From Lama glama (lineage: Eukaryota), in contig CM052817.1 of assembly GCA_028534125.1 (NCBI GenBank), positions 27,902,001 through 27,966,000 of the forward strand: a DNA stretch of 64,000 bases, read 5' to 3'. The first letter of the stretch is position 1. Each line of letters opens with the position of its first letter. The position numbers were made by a program, and so were the translations under genes. Shown here one piece after another: positions 26,557 to 39,057 of this stretch. The notes below the pieces were generated by a model that worked only from the letters and a program-made list of their open reading frames with translations, searched no databases and was not told the DNA's origin.

Positions 26557-27344
26557 CAACAGAACCTTGCTTGATTTACTTTGTAGTTGCTGAACTAAGC
26601 CTGGGGCCTGGCATCCAGCAGGTACTGTAAAAATGTTCGCAGAACAAAATGCGTCCTCTTAGAAGTGATATTCCTGACCCAGGTTACGTTTTCATGTTAA
26701 AAATGATGTCATATTTGCTACATGAAAAGGAATATAGAAATTCCTTGTTATCCAGACACAGGAAGTGAGTCTTCTAATTTTCAGACAAATTCCTCATTGT
26801 CTGGACTCAACTTACCAAACTCAGAAACCAAAACAAGGGATCCTTGTATATAATTATCTAAGTTTGAACTACGAGAAGGCTAAGAACTGCAAGGTGGCCA
26901 ATACCAGCAAAGCCACCCGTGCCTCCTACCAGATTAGATCCCCTGGTCGAGCTGACATCCTCAGTTTTCTGTCCACTGTCCCTTCCTTTTCTTTTTAAAC
27001 ACCGTTTTCCTTGTTTGCATCCCGAAACAGCGTATAATTTTCTCATATGTTTTTGAGCTTTATAAAAAAATACTATATAGTTTGCAGTCTTTTAAGACCT
27101 GAACACATTACTTCATGAGCAATTGTAATTCGACATTTCTAACCAAAGCTGTAGCATGTTTTTAGTCAGAATTTAAACCTTGCTTGTTCTCCATGGCTGA
27201 CAAACATGTTGTTTTAACAGATTAAAAAGTTAGAAAAAGTGGGCAAATGAAGGATTAATTACAATGATGAGAAAATGTCCTCACCAAGAGAATTCTTACG
27301 TACACGCGCAGATGACAAGGATTTTAAACGGAACGTGCTGTTAC

Positions 27345-27455
27345 CTCGATGATGTAGAGGACGATGTTCTTGTAGAAGCAGTACAAAATGCACTTGGAGA
27401 CTCTGTTATAGTTCCAGGCACCATGAACCATCAATAAATTCTTCAAATACTTGAA
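27345..27455 (-). CDS. ATP8A1: ATP8A1 exon, 111 bp: [37 protein letters not shown] (TM5)
   Basis: tttag|TTC acceptor, GAG|gtaac donor; P4-ATPase FYKN motif. Confidence 0.97.
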
Positions 27456-27545
27456 CTAAAATGAGAGTGGGAAAAAATTAGTATTTTCCTCTTCAGAGGA
27501 CAGCTGCGCGGGACGAACGGTGTGTCCCGCGGGGCGACGCTGTAC

Positions 27546-27729
27546 CTGCGCTATGGAGTAATCGGAGGAATTAGCCGCCTGAAGGCCTTCGTTGCCGCTG
27601 ATCCCAACCCCCACGTGTGCCGTCTGGATCATGCTGACGTCATTTGCTCCATCCCCGATGGCAAGGGTTATGACTTTAACTTGTTTTTTAACCATCTCAA
27701 CGACTTCAGATTTTTGAAGCGGAGAAACC
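27546..27729 (-). CDS. ATP8A1: ATP8A1 exon, 184 bp: (R)[61 protein letters not shown]
   Basis: taaag|G acceptor completes AGG codon; CAG|gtacag donor; P-type ATPase GDGAND motif. Confidence 0.98.
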
Positions 27730-28751
27730 CTTTAGATAAAAATAAAATTAAAAAAAAGTCAATTAACTTCGTTTTCTGAAAAAGGATTTTGAGATGTTAT
27801 AGTCCTGAAGGATAAAAGCAGCAGAAGAGGCAAATGACTAGGTCTCTGAAGAATCATCATGGAGAAGCCCGAGGTTTACAAATGTTTAGTTCTCTGTGAG
27901 CCTGGCTGGCCACTTTAAGGGAAAAAATAAGGCCCTGGGAGCAAACCTCTAGGTGAGAGAAACTACAATGCCTTGCTAAGCATCAGTGTACCAGAATGCT
28001 TGCAGACATTTGTTAAAAAATGACATCTGAGTTCAGAAATCCCATTACTTCCTAACAAATAACATCAGAATGTCTAATTCCTCATTTCTGAATGAAAAAG
28101 AAAGTCAGAAAGGATGTTGAGTGGTGTCCAAATACCAACTAAACCCTACACTATACGTGGAAAATAGAAGTTTTGAGCCTCTGCAAGCTGACCTTAGACG
28201 ATGGACTATACATTTAGAACGACTTGAACCTTTACTTGAATTAACAGTAGGGAACTGGCTAACTTCTCAACCCGTCCTCAGGCACCCTGGTGAATCAACC
28301 AGAGTCAATACCAAGCACTTGATTACAAAGCTCATGTGCCCCAGTTTTCTTCCAAAGCTACTGACAATGGCCAAGTAGAATCAAGCAACCTTTAACAGAA
28401 AGGCAGGTCAGGAACAGGGAACACGAGCGTTCACACTAAAATCGTATTTGGTGCTACCTTTGGAGCAACTTATCACAGACTTTCAAAAGCCGTTTAAGAA
28501 ATAAACCTCATGACAATCGCAGAAGAGCTCCATGACAGAAAACACCAGTGTGATTGACTTATACTGTCCACATGGTCTTGGTGATTAAAGAGAAAGAAAG
28601 GAAAACTGAACAGTGAACTGGCTCAGTAAACTATTAAGTAAACTGAGAAACACGCAATATATACAGTGTTAGTGGACAAGAGAAACAACTCAGAGCTGAA
28701 CTCTTTACCAAGGTTAAGTGCAGTAAATACCTGCAGGAACATGATTAATTT

Positions 28752-28882
28752 GGGGTGGGAGTGGGTATAGCTCAGTGGTAGAGTGCATGCCCAGCATGCA
28801 TGTGGTCCTGGGTTCAAGCCCCAGTACCTCCATTAAAAAGAAAGAAATTAACATAATCACCTACCCCTCCCCCTGAAAAAAA
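28752..28882 (+). mobile_element. tRNA-Ala-derived camelid SINE (first of tandem pair)
   Basis: gggtatagctcagtggtagagtgcatgcccagcatgca...gtcctgggttcaagccccagtacctcca; A and B boxes intact. Confidence 0.9.
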
Positions 28883-28905
28883 GCAGTATCTCTAAAAACT
28901 TATTT

Positions 28906-29049
28906 GGAGAGGGGATAGCTCAGTGGTAGAGCATGTACTTGGCATGCATGAGATTCTGCATTCAATCCCCAGGACCTCCATTTAAAAAAAAAATAAATAA
29001 ACCTAAGCCCCCACAAGTAATCCCCTTCCCCCCAAAAAACAACAAAAAA
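28906..29049 (+). mobile_element. tRNA-Ala-derived camelid SINE (second of tandem pair)
   Basis: ggggatagctcagtggtagagcatg...ttcaatccccaggacctcca, then aaataaataaaccta linker and A tail. Confidence 0.88.
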
Positions 29050-29900
29050 TATCATTTGTTATTCTACTTAGAAATGGAGATTATGACTTTGCAAGACTCA
29101 ATACATCTTTGCACGTTTCCCTGATTATTCCCTTAGGAAAAATTGCTCGCAGTGGATATTGTGCACAAACATGTGCTTTCAGGAGGCCCAGCTGCCCTTC
29201 TCAAAGGCTTTAGCCAAGAACAGATCCGGTCTTTATTTCAAGTCTGAGATTCACTGTGTTAGGCTCTGAGTTGATGCAGAGTGAACCAGTCTCCTCATCT
29301 TCGTATTCCTAGTGCTGATCCAGAAGAGGTACTCAATAAACGGCTGCTGCATGAAAGAATTATTTTTAATTCTTTCTTTGTATTTCCTTTCGGAGTCTGG
29401 TGATAGCACCAAGTGACAACTGTGACACAGGAAGGGAATGGATGAATGTCAGGCCATGAATGGGCTTTTCCACTGTGAGCCCTCATTTTTCTTCGAAGCA
29501 ATTTTCAGTTCATTTTCACATTTTATTTAATTTTTTTTAACAGGCTAATATAAATTGGTAAGCCCATTGGCTCTAGGCCAATGTTTTCAACATGGACTAC
29601 GGCTGACATTTAGTAAATGTCAAGAAAGAATGCTCACCAAGAAATGATCTAAAAAGAAAATGGGAAATGGGCATGAAAAGAGAAAAGCATTTGAAAACAT
29701 TGATCAAATTCTCTTTACAATTTAACAGGCTCACAACGTAAATACATTGTGAAGTCACACCATGGAATCAATGGAGCCTTGAAACACTGGTATTGTTCTT
29801 TCTTTTTTCTCCCCATATGCTGAATGTGTAATAAAGAAGAAATCTCTGCACAGGGAGCTAATATTAGTAATTTAAAGGAGCATCAGAGAAGAGCTGGATT

Positions 29901-30044
29901 CACAAAATCTTATGGTAGCTCACAGAGAAAAAAAAATGTGACAATGAGTGTGTATATGTCCATGTATGACTGAAAAATTGTGCTGAACACTGGAATTTGA
30001 CACAACATTGTAAAATGATTATAAATCAATTTAAAAAAAAAGAA
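29901..30044 (+). mobile_element. Young, severely truncated L1 3' end with 12-bp TSD
   Basis: TSD aagagctggatt at 29889-29900 and 30045-30056; similar to L1 3'UTR copy at 36220-36350. Confidence 0.9.
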
Positions 30045-33000
30045 AAGAGCTGGATTAAACTTCATTATCTTTTTTTAAGGCTATTACAACCAACCAGTGC
30101 TTCCTCTGCTTGACACTGCAATTTTCAATACCCCCAAATTAAAATCAGCTGAAGATTTTATACCAACTCTGTGGGTGTGGCTAACTCAGGTATTAAAAAC
30201 AGAGTATGAGCTCCCTTGGCAAGAACAATGCTTTTTTTTTTTTTTAAAGATGATTATGTAGTGAGAGACATCCCCCAAATTACACTGCAGCTGCTACGAG
30301 CAAGGGTATCTGCTTCCATTATCAAGGTAAAAGTAGACAACTGGCTTGGAAGAAGACTCAAGAAACAGAGGAAGCCCTGGTATCTGACGGGTTTGAAATA
30401 GCGGTGGGTTGCTAAACAAAGATGTCAGATTTAAGTGGGGACTCATAAAATAAAATGTATCCACTTAAAACATTTAACTCAAGATATAAATGTACCAGCT
30501 TGTGATGTAGGGCAAAGAACCTTACACTGCAAAGGAGTTTGTTTTTACAATTCTGCCTATTTTTCTTGCAGAAATCTCACTGATGAGGCACAATCCATGG
30601 TTTGTTTGATTAAGTGGAGACTATAATGTAATGATGCCCCCCACCCCAGTTTATTATGATCTTACCCCAAGTTCAACAGCATATTTTTTAAAGTTTTTCT
30701 AGAACATGATACTTGGTTTTCCTAGCAACAATTCTGACTAGATTACTTTTTGACGACTTGCATCTAATTAAATGATGATTACTTTAAGGAGTACAACAGG
30801 AATACACAGATTAAGGAACAAGCACCCACAGAGTCCCAGTAAGCACCAAGTTGACTCATGCAAGCAGAAGTGCAGGCAGGCACTGAAGACGGTCCTTCCA
30901 GGTCTGGGCATGATGGGCGGTGCGCAACCACCAGCATGTCTTAGGGAGGGAATGTGGTTTAATGGGACTCAGCTCAGTCAAGCTGAACTCAGTTCAACAG
31001 ATCTTCTACTTCTTTTATAGCATCTATTTGAAAAAATTGTTCTTTGCTACAAGGGGGCTCTACAAGATAGCAAAACCAAATTATAAGACATTAAAAATGA
31101 GCGCTGCATAAGGCTGTTTCATCTGCTTGCCAGTTCTTAACAATTTCAGAGGATGTCAAAATTAGCATGGGCTGCAAAAGCCTTCTTTGATGAGTTAGAA
31201 TTTGACGTGGCCTTGACCAGGAGAGGAGAGCTCACATCACAGAAATAGCACATATTAAATTTCTTTAACCTCATGTTAGAAATTCTCCAGAATATATTCC
31301 TTTCTACTGTTGTGTTTCCACCTCATAAAAGATCGCCTCCTTCACTCATTAGAGTTTACTTTAACTTTTGTACACTTGCTTCTGTATTGGTACAATTTCC
31401 AGAATAGTCTAGGACAATCTTACCACACAAGTTAACTCTTCCAAATGTCTATCAAGAACCACAAATCCATGGTTGAAATGATCTCAAACCTAAATTTTAC
31501 AAATACCAATAGTGATCCAATGCACAGCTCAGAAATATCATAGAAGCACTCTGTTTTCTACTCTAGTTTTATAAAAAAATTTTTTATAATCACCAGTGGG
31601 TCTGCATCAGGACATAAATTATTCACAGTTCTCGTCTCTTCCACTGTCACTCTTTCTTCTTCCGAAGAAGTCAGAGACTCTGTGGAAAAGGACTACACAT
31701 TCAGCAAAGGCTGTCAAATCCAGCTTTCTTCCTCATGACTCCACAAACAGAGGGTGGTCCTTTGCGACACAACCTAGCAGTGCACTGAGTGCAACATGCT
31801 CTTCAGATACGATTTTGGCTGCAGTTTCCGCACGTGTTATTCATTATTTTTCTTATTTGCTATGTAGTAACTCTCTGCCCTGTGAACATTAGGTCGGAGC
31901 ACTGGAAATTTTTACCATTTAAGCTGGAAAGCATATGGGGAAGCCCATCTCATATGAGCTGCATTTGGCACCCTTTTAATGGGATTAGCTAAATGAATCA
32001 CCTTTTTGAATGGAATAAGGATTATATGAGCATGTATATACACAGTCACATAATAAAGAATATTTTAAGGGAATTTTTATAGGTAGCTAACAGGAGTACA
32101 ATAATTTATCTTACTGTGTTGTGCTTTTAGGTTAATAACCTAGAAAAATATCACATGTACACTAGAAGTTATGCCAATAATACATTCACTTAAAAATTTA
32201 TATTGTAAACTTACAAGTTACTATAAAGTTGCTTTTGAGAAGTAAATCCAGAAAAAAATTAAGAACATGGAGTAACATCATCTTTCTTTATTATCCTGAA
32301 GTGCTTTGCATAATGACCCCATATGGATAGAGCCCCTGTATTTACTAAGCCTGAGGGCTATCGAGATGTCAGGGTCATTGGTGGGGGATCTGCTGTACTT
32401 TGCTTTGCAACAAACTTCCTAAGTTTTCTCTTTGTGAATATCAGTCTATTCCCCATTGAGTCATATTATGATGACTAATAAAGAAATTACACAAGGGGAG
32501 AAAAACCTAAGAGAAAAATTTATGAGATCTTACTTGACTCTTTGTTGAACTAAAATTTGCTAGGCTCATTTATAAAGTTTTGAACCGAGGAGGAGTTAAA
32601 ACATGGCAAAAAAAAAAATCTGTGTTACATGTACCCAAATTACATAAATATTATAAACACTTCTAGAAACTCACCATCAATTTATTACTGGAATGAAAAC
32701 AGCTGCTTAAAAAGCAAATCCTAAAAATGATTCTTAGCACAGGGCACATAATGCAACATTCACCCACTTCTAGGTGAGAGTGTTGTGATGTTCAAGTGAC
32801 TGATGAGTGGGTGCTCCCCCAGCCTCCAAATGATGAGTGAGTGCTCGCTCCCCTAGCCTCCAAAAGCAACATCTGTGGACGCCCTGTGAAGGCAGAGGCA
32901 ACAAGGGGAACTTACAACGTGGGGAATCTACAGAAATAAAATGCAGATAGCCTTGCCATAGGACAAAAAAGGAAAGTAACTTTAAAAAAGATTTCCTTTT

Positions 33001-33288
33001 GCAATGCATCTTGGATGCAAAACTTCTCTTTTGCGGAATTTATGTTGTTATAGGTAAACTTTGTTTTCAATGGTTCAGATAATATTTTAAATAATGACTG
33101 ACCATATGGATAGTGTATGTTTGAATATGTATGTATGTGTGTGTGTGTAGGTACCCCAAACTACTAACTGGCAAAGAGACATTATAAAAGGCACTAAAAA
33201 GAAAGCTCCTTCTAGTAGAAATCTTTATCACTGTAGTCACACCACAGAATAGTTTGTCCACAGTGGTACCATTCATTAAAAAAAGGCC

Positions 33289-33310
33289 TATCTATCTATC
33301 TATCTATCTA
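33289..33310. repeat. (TATC)n microsatellite
   Basis: tatctatctatctatctatcta. Confidence 0.9.
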
Positions 33311-33772
33311 GGACCTAGTACTCTGCTTAGCACTCAGCAGATGTAAACATGGTAGTAGAACTGAATAAATAGAAATTTTGCAAGAAAGAAAAATTAACCT
33401 CACTATCCATGAAGCTAAGATCACAACTCTTGTTCATTTTAGATGGCTCACTGTTAGGAGGCAGTCTGTTTAACCCGCCATGTATCTGGAGTAGAGAGGA
33501 ACTAAGTACAGGATACTGGATTCTTCAGGGTGGGAAAGACAGGTGAAAAACCATTAGGTGGAGAAGGAAACTTACTACTTATTTAGTGGAAAGTGGGCAT
33601 ATTCAGAATAGATTAGAACCAGATGACAGGGGCCTCTGCATGCATGGTAAGAAAGTCCGAATGTCACAGCTGGCTCTAAGCAGTAAGTTAAAAGTTTTTG
33701 AGCCAAAAGTGAATATAAAAGAAGCAGTGCCTTAAAAATATTAATTTGGGTTGCTCAGAACATATATACATA

Positions 33773-33870
33773 CAGACAGACATACACACACCTTAATTAA
33801 AAATATTTCATTGCTAAAAATGCTATCATCTGACAACATCTGTGAAGTACAATAAAATGAGGTATGTCTG
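33773..33870 (-). mobile_element. ~100-bp Tigger1-derived MITE
   Basis: Terminal inverted motifs cagacatac / gtatgtctg, flanking TA; aataaaatgaggtatgtctg is a Tigger1-type end. Confidence 0.75.
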
Positions 33871-36133
33871 TATATCTGTGTATGTATCTGGACTTTACCT
33901 AGGATGAGGGCAATGAAAATGAAAAGAAGGGACATTTGGTTGGTGGGGGTGTTCAAATCAAAGTGGAATCAGAGATGATCCCTAGGGTTTCAAAGTTGGG
34001 TTATTAGGAAAATGAGGGATTAAACATAAATAGAAAAGGCAGGAAGCTTTACAGAAGAAAAATATCAGGGACGTTCTAGATACTCAGAAGATCAGATATC
34101 ACTGAGATATTCTAGTAGAATCACTAAGCAAGCTGATGGAAAAGTCAGAACTGAGCTTGGAAAAGGATGCAGAGCCGGGGTTGTACATTCAGATGTCATC
34201 CACTCCTCAAGTATTTAGTGACCCTTTACTATGTGACGGAATTTCTATGGAAGAATATAAGGAGAAGAAAGGAAATGAAATAGAAGACCTCAGAATCCTC
34301 CTTCTGCCCCTAGGAGTTACTAACTTAAGGGCTTTTATTGAGCTGCTGTCTCAGACGTCAGATGTTAAGAGCCTACACGACAGTGGTTTCTCTATGGACT
34401 CTTGCTTTGAAGAGACAGAAGTGGTGGAGAGAGAGACGGTAATTTCTTCAACATGGGGCGAGGCCCAGCCACCTCCTTCTGTCTAGGGAGCCTCGCCTGA
34501 TAGGACTGGTGGGCTTCCAACTGTGAAACATGTCTATTTGAGAAGGTGGACGGCTTTCCCCTTCTAGCTCTGCTGTATTGTGACCTTGCTCTCAGAGGGA
34601 AGACCTACGACCTCCATCTCCCCCCATACACCATGTCTGCTCGTAGCCCATGGGGCACTGATTCTCTTCCCTTTTCCCGTGACTCTGGTTAGGTAAGGAA
34701 AGGCTGGAGCTTCTCTAGAAAATCAGTCTGCCCTTCTTTCCTTCCTTCCTCCGCCCTCCACTCCTTCTTTTGAATTCTCTTCTATGTGGATGGGTTTCTC
34801 CAAGGAGTCTTCTCTCAGAAATACCTAGTGGTGGATGGAAGAAGTGGGAGCACGGCTATCGACAGAAATTGGAATAAAATCCTGAGGATGCCATGAATTA
34901 GAAAAGGAGTTCACTAGACTTCGGGGTCACCATTATCAGTTAACACAAAATCTGTGAGAAACCTTTGGGTAAACAGGAAGTGATGGGTAAGAGTGGTACA
35001 CCAGAGGCTGTAGGGGAACAGTCAGGTGGGGAAAGCTTCCCCACTGTATTGTCCCTTCTCCGTGGTGCCCTGTGTGCAAGCCCAGGCTGACCAGTGTGGG
35101 GGGCTGAGGCTGGGCTGGATTGAGCTAAGGGGCTCCTCTCCCAACAAAACTGTGAACTTTGGTTTAGGCTTGGAGTCTGTGGAAGCTTGAAGTCCACAAA
35201 GTAATATGCTTGAAAAACAAAACATACCAAATCCAGGAGTATCCCCAGTGTTCTACAGGTAAAACCTCAGGAAATTTCTCCCCTCAAGCCTCAGAGAGGA
35301 AAGTCAAGCTTTCTGGTCAACCTCAGGGCATGAAGCCAGGCAGAGACAGGTGCCAATGGTATGGGTGTGCTGAGAACCCTTGAATGTTACCTCACTCAGG
35401 CAATTTCATCAGAATGTGGCTGCCTTTAACAAGAGTGGTGTTTGGATAAAGGGACTAGGGGAAAACAGGGATTCACTGAGCCCTGTCTCCAAATTTGCCT
35501 CAAGTTAGGACCTAGCTTTCACTTTTGCCTCAGAGGGAACATTACTGCTCACTAGGGAAAAAGGGGAAAAATGGTTTCAAAGGGAATATTTATAAGATAG
35601 GAGAAGATTATGAGCACAAAAGAAATATAATAACTTATAAGAAAGTAGAACTTGTAAAAGCAGATATAACAAGAATTTTTAAAAAGTTTAATGAAAAATA
35701 AACCTTGGAAAAATAAGGTGAGATCCTGGAAACATCTAACTGGAACAAGGAGTTACAGTGAAGAATCAATTGAGAATAAGTTATATAAAACTATAACTGC
35801 TAAAATAAAGAAGCCAATAGTAAACTGAGTAGTCAATATGATAGAACCTGAAAGTGAAAACAAAAAATTTTCCCCAAAGATAAGAGGAAATTAAAGATTG
35901 TGAAAAAAATGAAAAGAAATGGAGGGAAAGAGGTGACTACATATATGTAATGGGAGTCCAAGAAGAGAATAAAAAAGGATAAAATTAAGAAGAATGATAA
36001 ATAATTTTCCAGAATTAAAGAAAGATATCTACCCTTAGATTGAAAGGGCTTATATAGCACCAAAGAGAAATGCAAGAGAAACGTACCTACTGCAGACACA
36101 TTATGGTTAAACTATGATTAAGAAAATATTCTA

Positions 36134-36366
36134 GGGGGCAAGGGGTGGGAAGGGACAGACTGGGATTTCAAAATGCAGAATAGATAAACAAGATTATAAT
36201 GTATAGCACAGGGAAATATACACAAGATCTTATGGCAGCTCACAGTGGAAAAAAATGTGACAATGAATATATGTATGTTCACGTATGACTGAAAAATTGT
36301 GCTCTACACTGGAATTTCACACAATATTGTAAAATGACTATAACTCAATAAAAAAAAGTTAAAAAA
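36134..36366 (+). mobile_element. Young L1 3'UTR fragment with 13-bp TSD
   Basis: agaaaatattcta (36121-36133) / agaaaaaattcta (36367-36379); ends taactcaataaaaaaa. Confidence 0.9.
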
Positions 36367-36769
36367 AGAAAAAATTCTAAAGATTCTAAAGCTTCTAATC
36401 TAAAAGTAGATTAATTACAAAGAAAGTAATCTGACTGCTCCTGGATGCATGCACAAAATTACTTTAATATCTTCAGTTCTTGTCTCTTTTGGGGGGGCGG
36501 GGAGGGAAGGAAAGACGTACTAATACATACAGACAATAAGTACAAATATGGTCATCAAAACATTAGAAATAATCAGACATAGCATAAATATAGATTGTAA
36601 AAGTCTCAAACCGGCTGAAGAAAATCTGATTTAGAGAGTGAGGCCTAATATGGCAATAATTATAATAAATATAAATGGGTTAAATTCATTAATTAGAAGG
36701 TAAATTCTCACATCAGATTAAAACAAAAATATCTAGCAATATGGCATCTAAGAGACACACTTCACAATA

Positions 36770-37000
36770 ACAGCTAATATAACACTTACTTGTTCTATGT
36801 TCTGAGCTCTTGTTTTAATTCATTCAATTCTCTGAATCCTGTATGAGACAGGTTACTATTATTGCCATTTTACAAATGAGGACCCTGAGGCACAAAAGGA
36901 TTACATAACTTAAGGCAAAATAGTAAGAAAGACAGAGGTGAAGCCAGAATTCAACACTAAGCAGTGTGGATTTAGAGAGAGGACAGCATTTTTAGCTACT
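36770..37000 (-). mobile_element. MIR SINE
   Basis: ccattttacaaatgaggaccctgaggcaca...gccagaattcaacac. Confidence 0.8.
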
Positions 37001-37249
37001 ATATTATACAGAAGGATCGAACATAAAGGTTTAGAGGTTGGAAAAAAAAAAGACAAGGCCCATATGAAACAAAAGCAAGCCACGTTAGCAATTTTAATGC
37101 CAGATAAACAGAATTTAGGACACAGAAAAGGCCATAGTGGTCAGAGAGAAATATTAATAATGTATGATAGCATTCTTCTCATGAGAAATGTTCGATTAGG
37201 CTATACAAAATAAAATTTGATAGCATTTCAAAGAGGAATATAATTTTTA

Positions 37250-37450
37250 ATAATAGCTACCAACACATTGAGTACATATCTTAGGCCATTTATTCCTCAC
37301 AACTCTATGAACAATTATTTTTATCTCTATTTCAAAGATGAAGAAAACTGAAGCTGGAGAAGTTAATGTATTATTTAGCTACTAAGAGGTGGAGTCTGGA
37401 CTTAGATTCTGGAAAGTCTGGCCTCAGAGCTTAAGTTCTGGATCATATAG
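37250..37450 (-). mobile_element. MIR SINE
   Basis: ttcctcacaactctatga...atttcaaagatgaagaaaactgaagctggagaagttaa. Confidence 0.75.
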
Positions 37451-39057
37451 CATTATAAACAGAAGGAAAAGGGTGGATTGTTTAATAAGTGGTATTGGGA
37501 GAATTTGCTTACTGTGTAGAAATGAATAATGCTGGACCCCTTCTCCTTCATATCCATACAAAAAACATAAAGCTATAAAGTTAACAGAAAAAAACGTAGG
37601 AGAATATCTTCGTGGGTGGGAAGTTTTTACTATCCCAAAAGCACAAACCTTAAAGGGAAAAATTAATGGAATTTGACTGTCTCAAGGTCAATGATTTTTG
37701 TTCCAGGAAGAATACCACAGGCAGAACTGAGAAGGGAGCTGGATTAGAAGATATTCGCCATGTCTATACCCAGCAGAGAATCAATATGCAGAACACACAA
37801 AGAATTCTTGTACATATACAGGAAAAATATACAGGAAACCCAATGGAAAGCTCTGTATCCGGAGCCTTCTTCAATGTGCTACTTTTTCTCATAGCAAGTG
37901 TTACCATTGACTTTATGTCTGTCTGAAATGTAATAAAATCAATTATACTCACTCATATACACAGCATTTACTGCCTTTTGTATGCATCTGTGTGTTTATT
38001 TTACTGAATAACAGCTACAATGTGAAGGCATGGATCATTTTTTTCTTGTTGTTCATTGTTCTATTTATGGCACATAACAGGTGCTTCAAAAACAGCCTTG
38101 AATGAATGAATGAAAGAAAAAAAGAAAGAATGAATGAATGTACTTCAAAAGCAGAAATCCAGAGGGTTAAACAGTTAAATAAAGAGCTATTCAATCTCCC
38201 AAGTATTCACAGAAACGAAAATCAAAAGAAGGTGCCACTTTTTAAACATCAAATTGTCAAAGTTGTAAAAGGAAGAATGTTAAGTGTCAGTATGAAGGTA
38301 GGGAGACAGCAACCTTCCTACATGGATCTGGGAGTACATACTAGCGCAGCTGTTTGAGCAATGAGATAATTCTGATAATTCGAATTGAACTGAAATATAT
38401 ATTCCACAGCCAAGCATTCCCATTCCTAAGTAGATATCCTAGAAAAACACTTGCGTGGGTACACAGGATATTCATTTTGGCACTTCCCATGGTAGCAAAG
38501 ATTGAGGGGCAATTTATGTGTCTATCACTACAAGAACAGATGAATAAAGTGGTGTATATATGAAGACATAAACTTGTTCTATACATGGTAACATGGAGAG
38601 ATCTCAAAAACATGTAGAAAGATTAAAAAAAAGGCAAAAAATTATGCTGATATATTATTATAAATAGGCATCTATCCCCCAATTCAAATCACATTTAACA
38701 ATATTATGCATTTTTCATAGCTACACAGCTATACACATAAAGTATGGCAGACGGACGGGAACCTATTAAATACCTAAGAATGTCTGCCTAAAGAGGAGTG
38801 AAAAGAAAGTGACTGGGGATAAAGGGCAAACACTAAAACAATGCATAAAAATCCAAGAACTTCATTTAGTTCGAGGTTCTATGGTGCTTCCCGCTTAGGG
38901 AGAAGGCTAGCTTGCACATCTTCCAGCCTGATTCCTTTGCCTCCCTGGTCCTCTAGCACCTTGCAGGTACTTCCCCCTAGAACAGAGGGAAGGCACAGGG
39001 GTGACAGAGCAGGATGCATGTATATGGTCCTGGGTTTATAATATATCTGTTGCTATT

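Larger units (their letters stand above)
35560..38830 (+). mobile_element. Very old, internally deleted L1 with ORF1-, ORF2- and 3'-like pieces
   Basis: A-rich strand; aaatataaatgggttaaattc (ORF2 start-like), tgtttaataagtggtattgggagaa, aagcattcccattcctaagtagatatcctagaaaaac; interrupted by other repeats. Confidence 0.65.

Noticed and set aside
28761..28832. tRNA-Ala(AGC)-like genes (also at 471, 25966, 28906)
   Set aside because: Mismatched stems, SINE linker and A-rich tails, multiple diverged copies: SINE heads, not tRNA genes
32801..32840. TGATGA motifs as snoRNA C boxes
   Set aside because: Antisense to the host transcript, part of a tandem duplication, no terminal stem or well-placed D box seen
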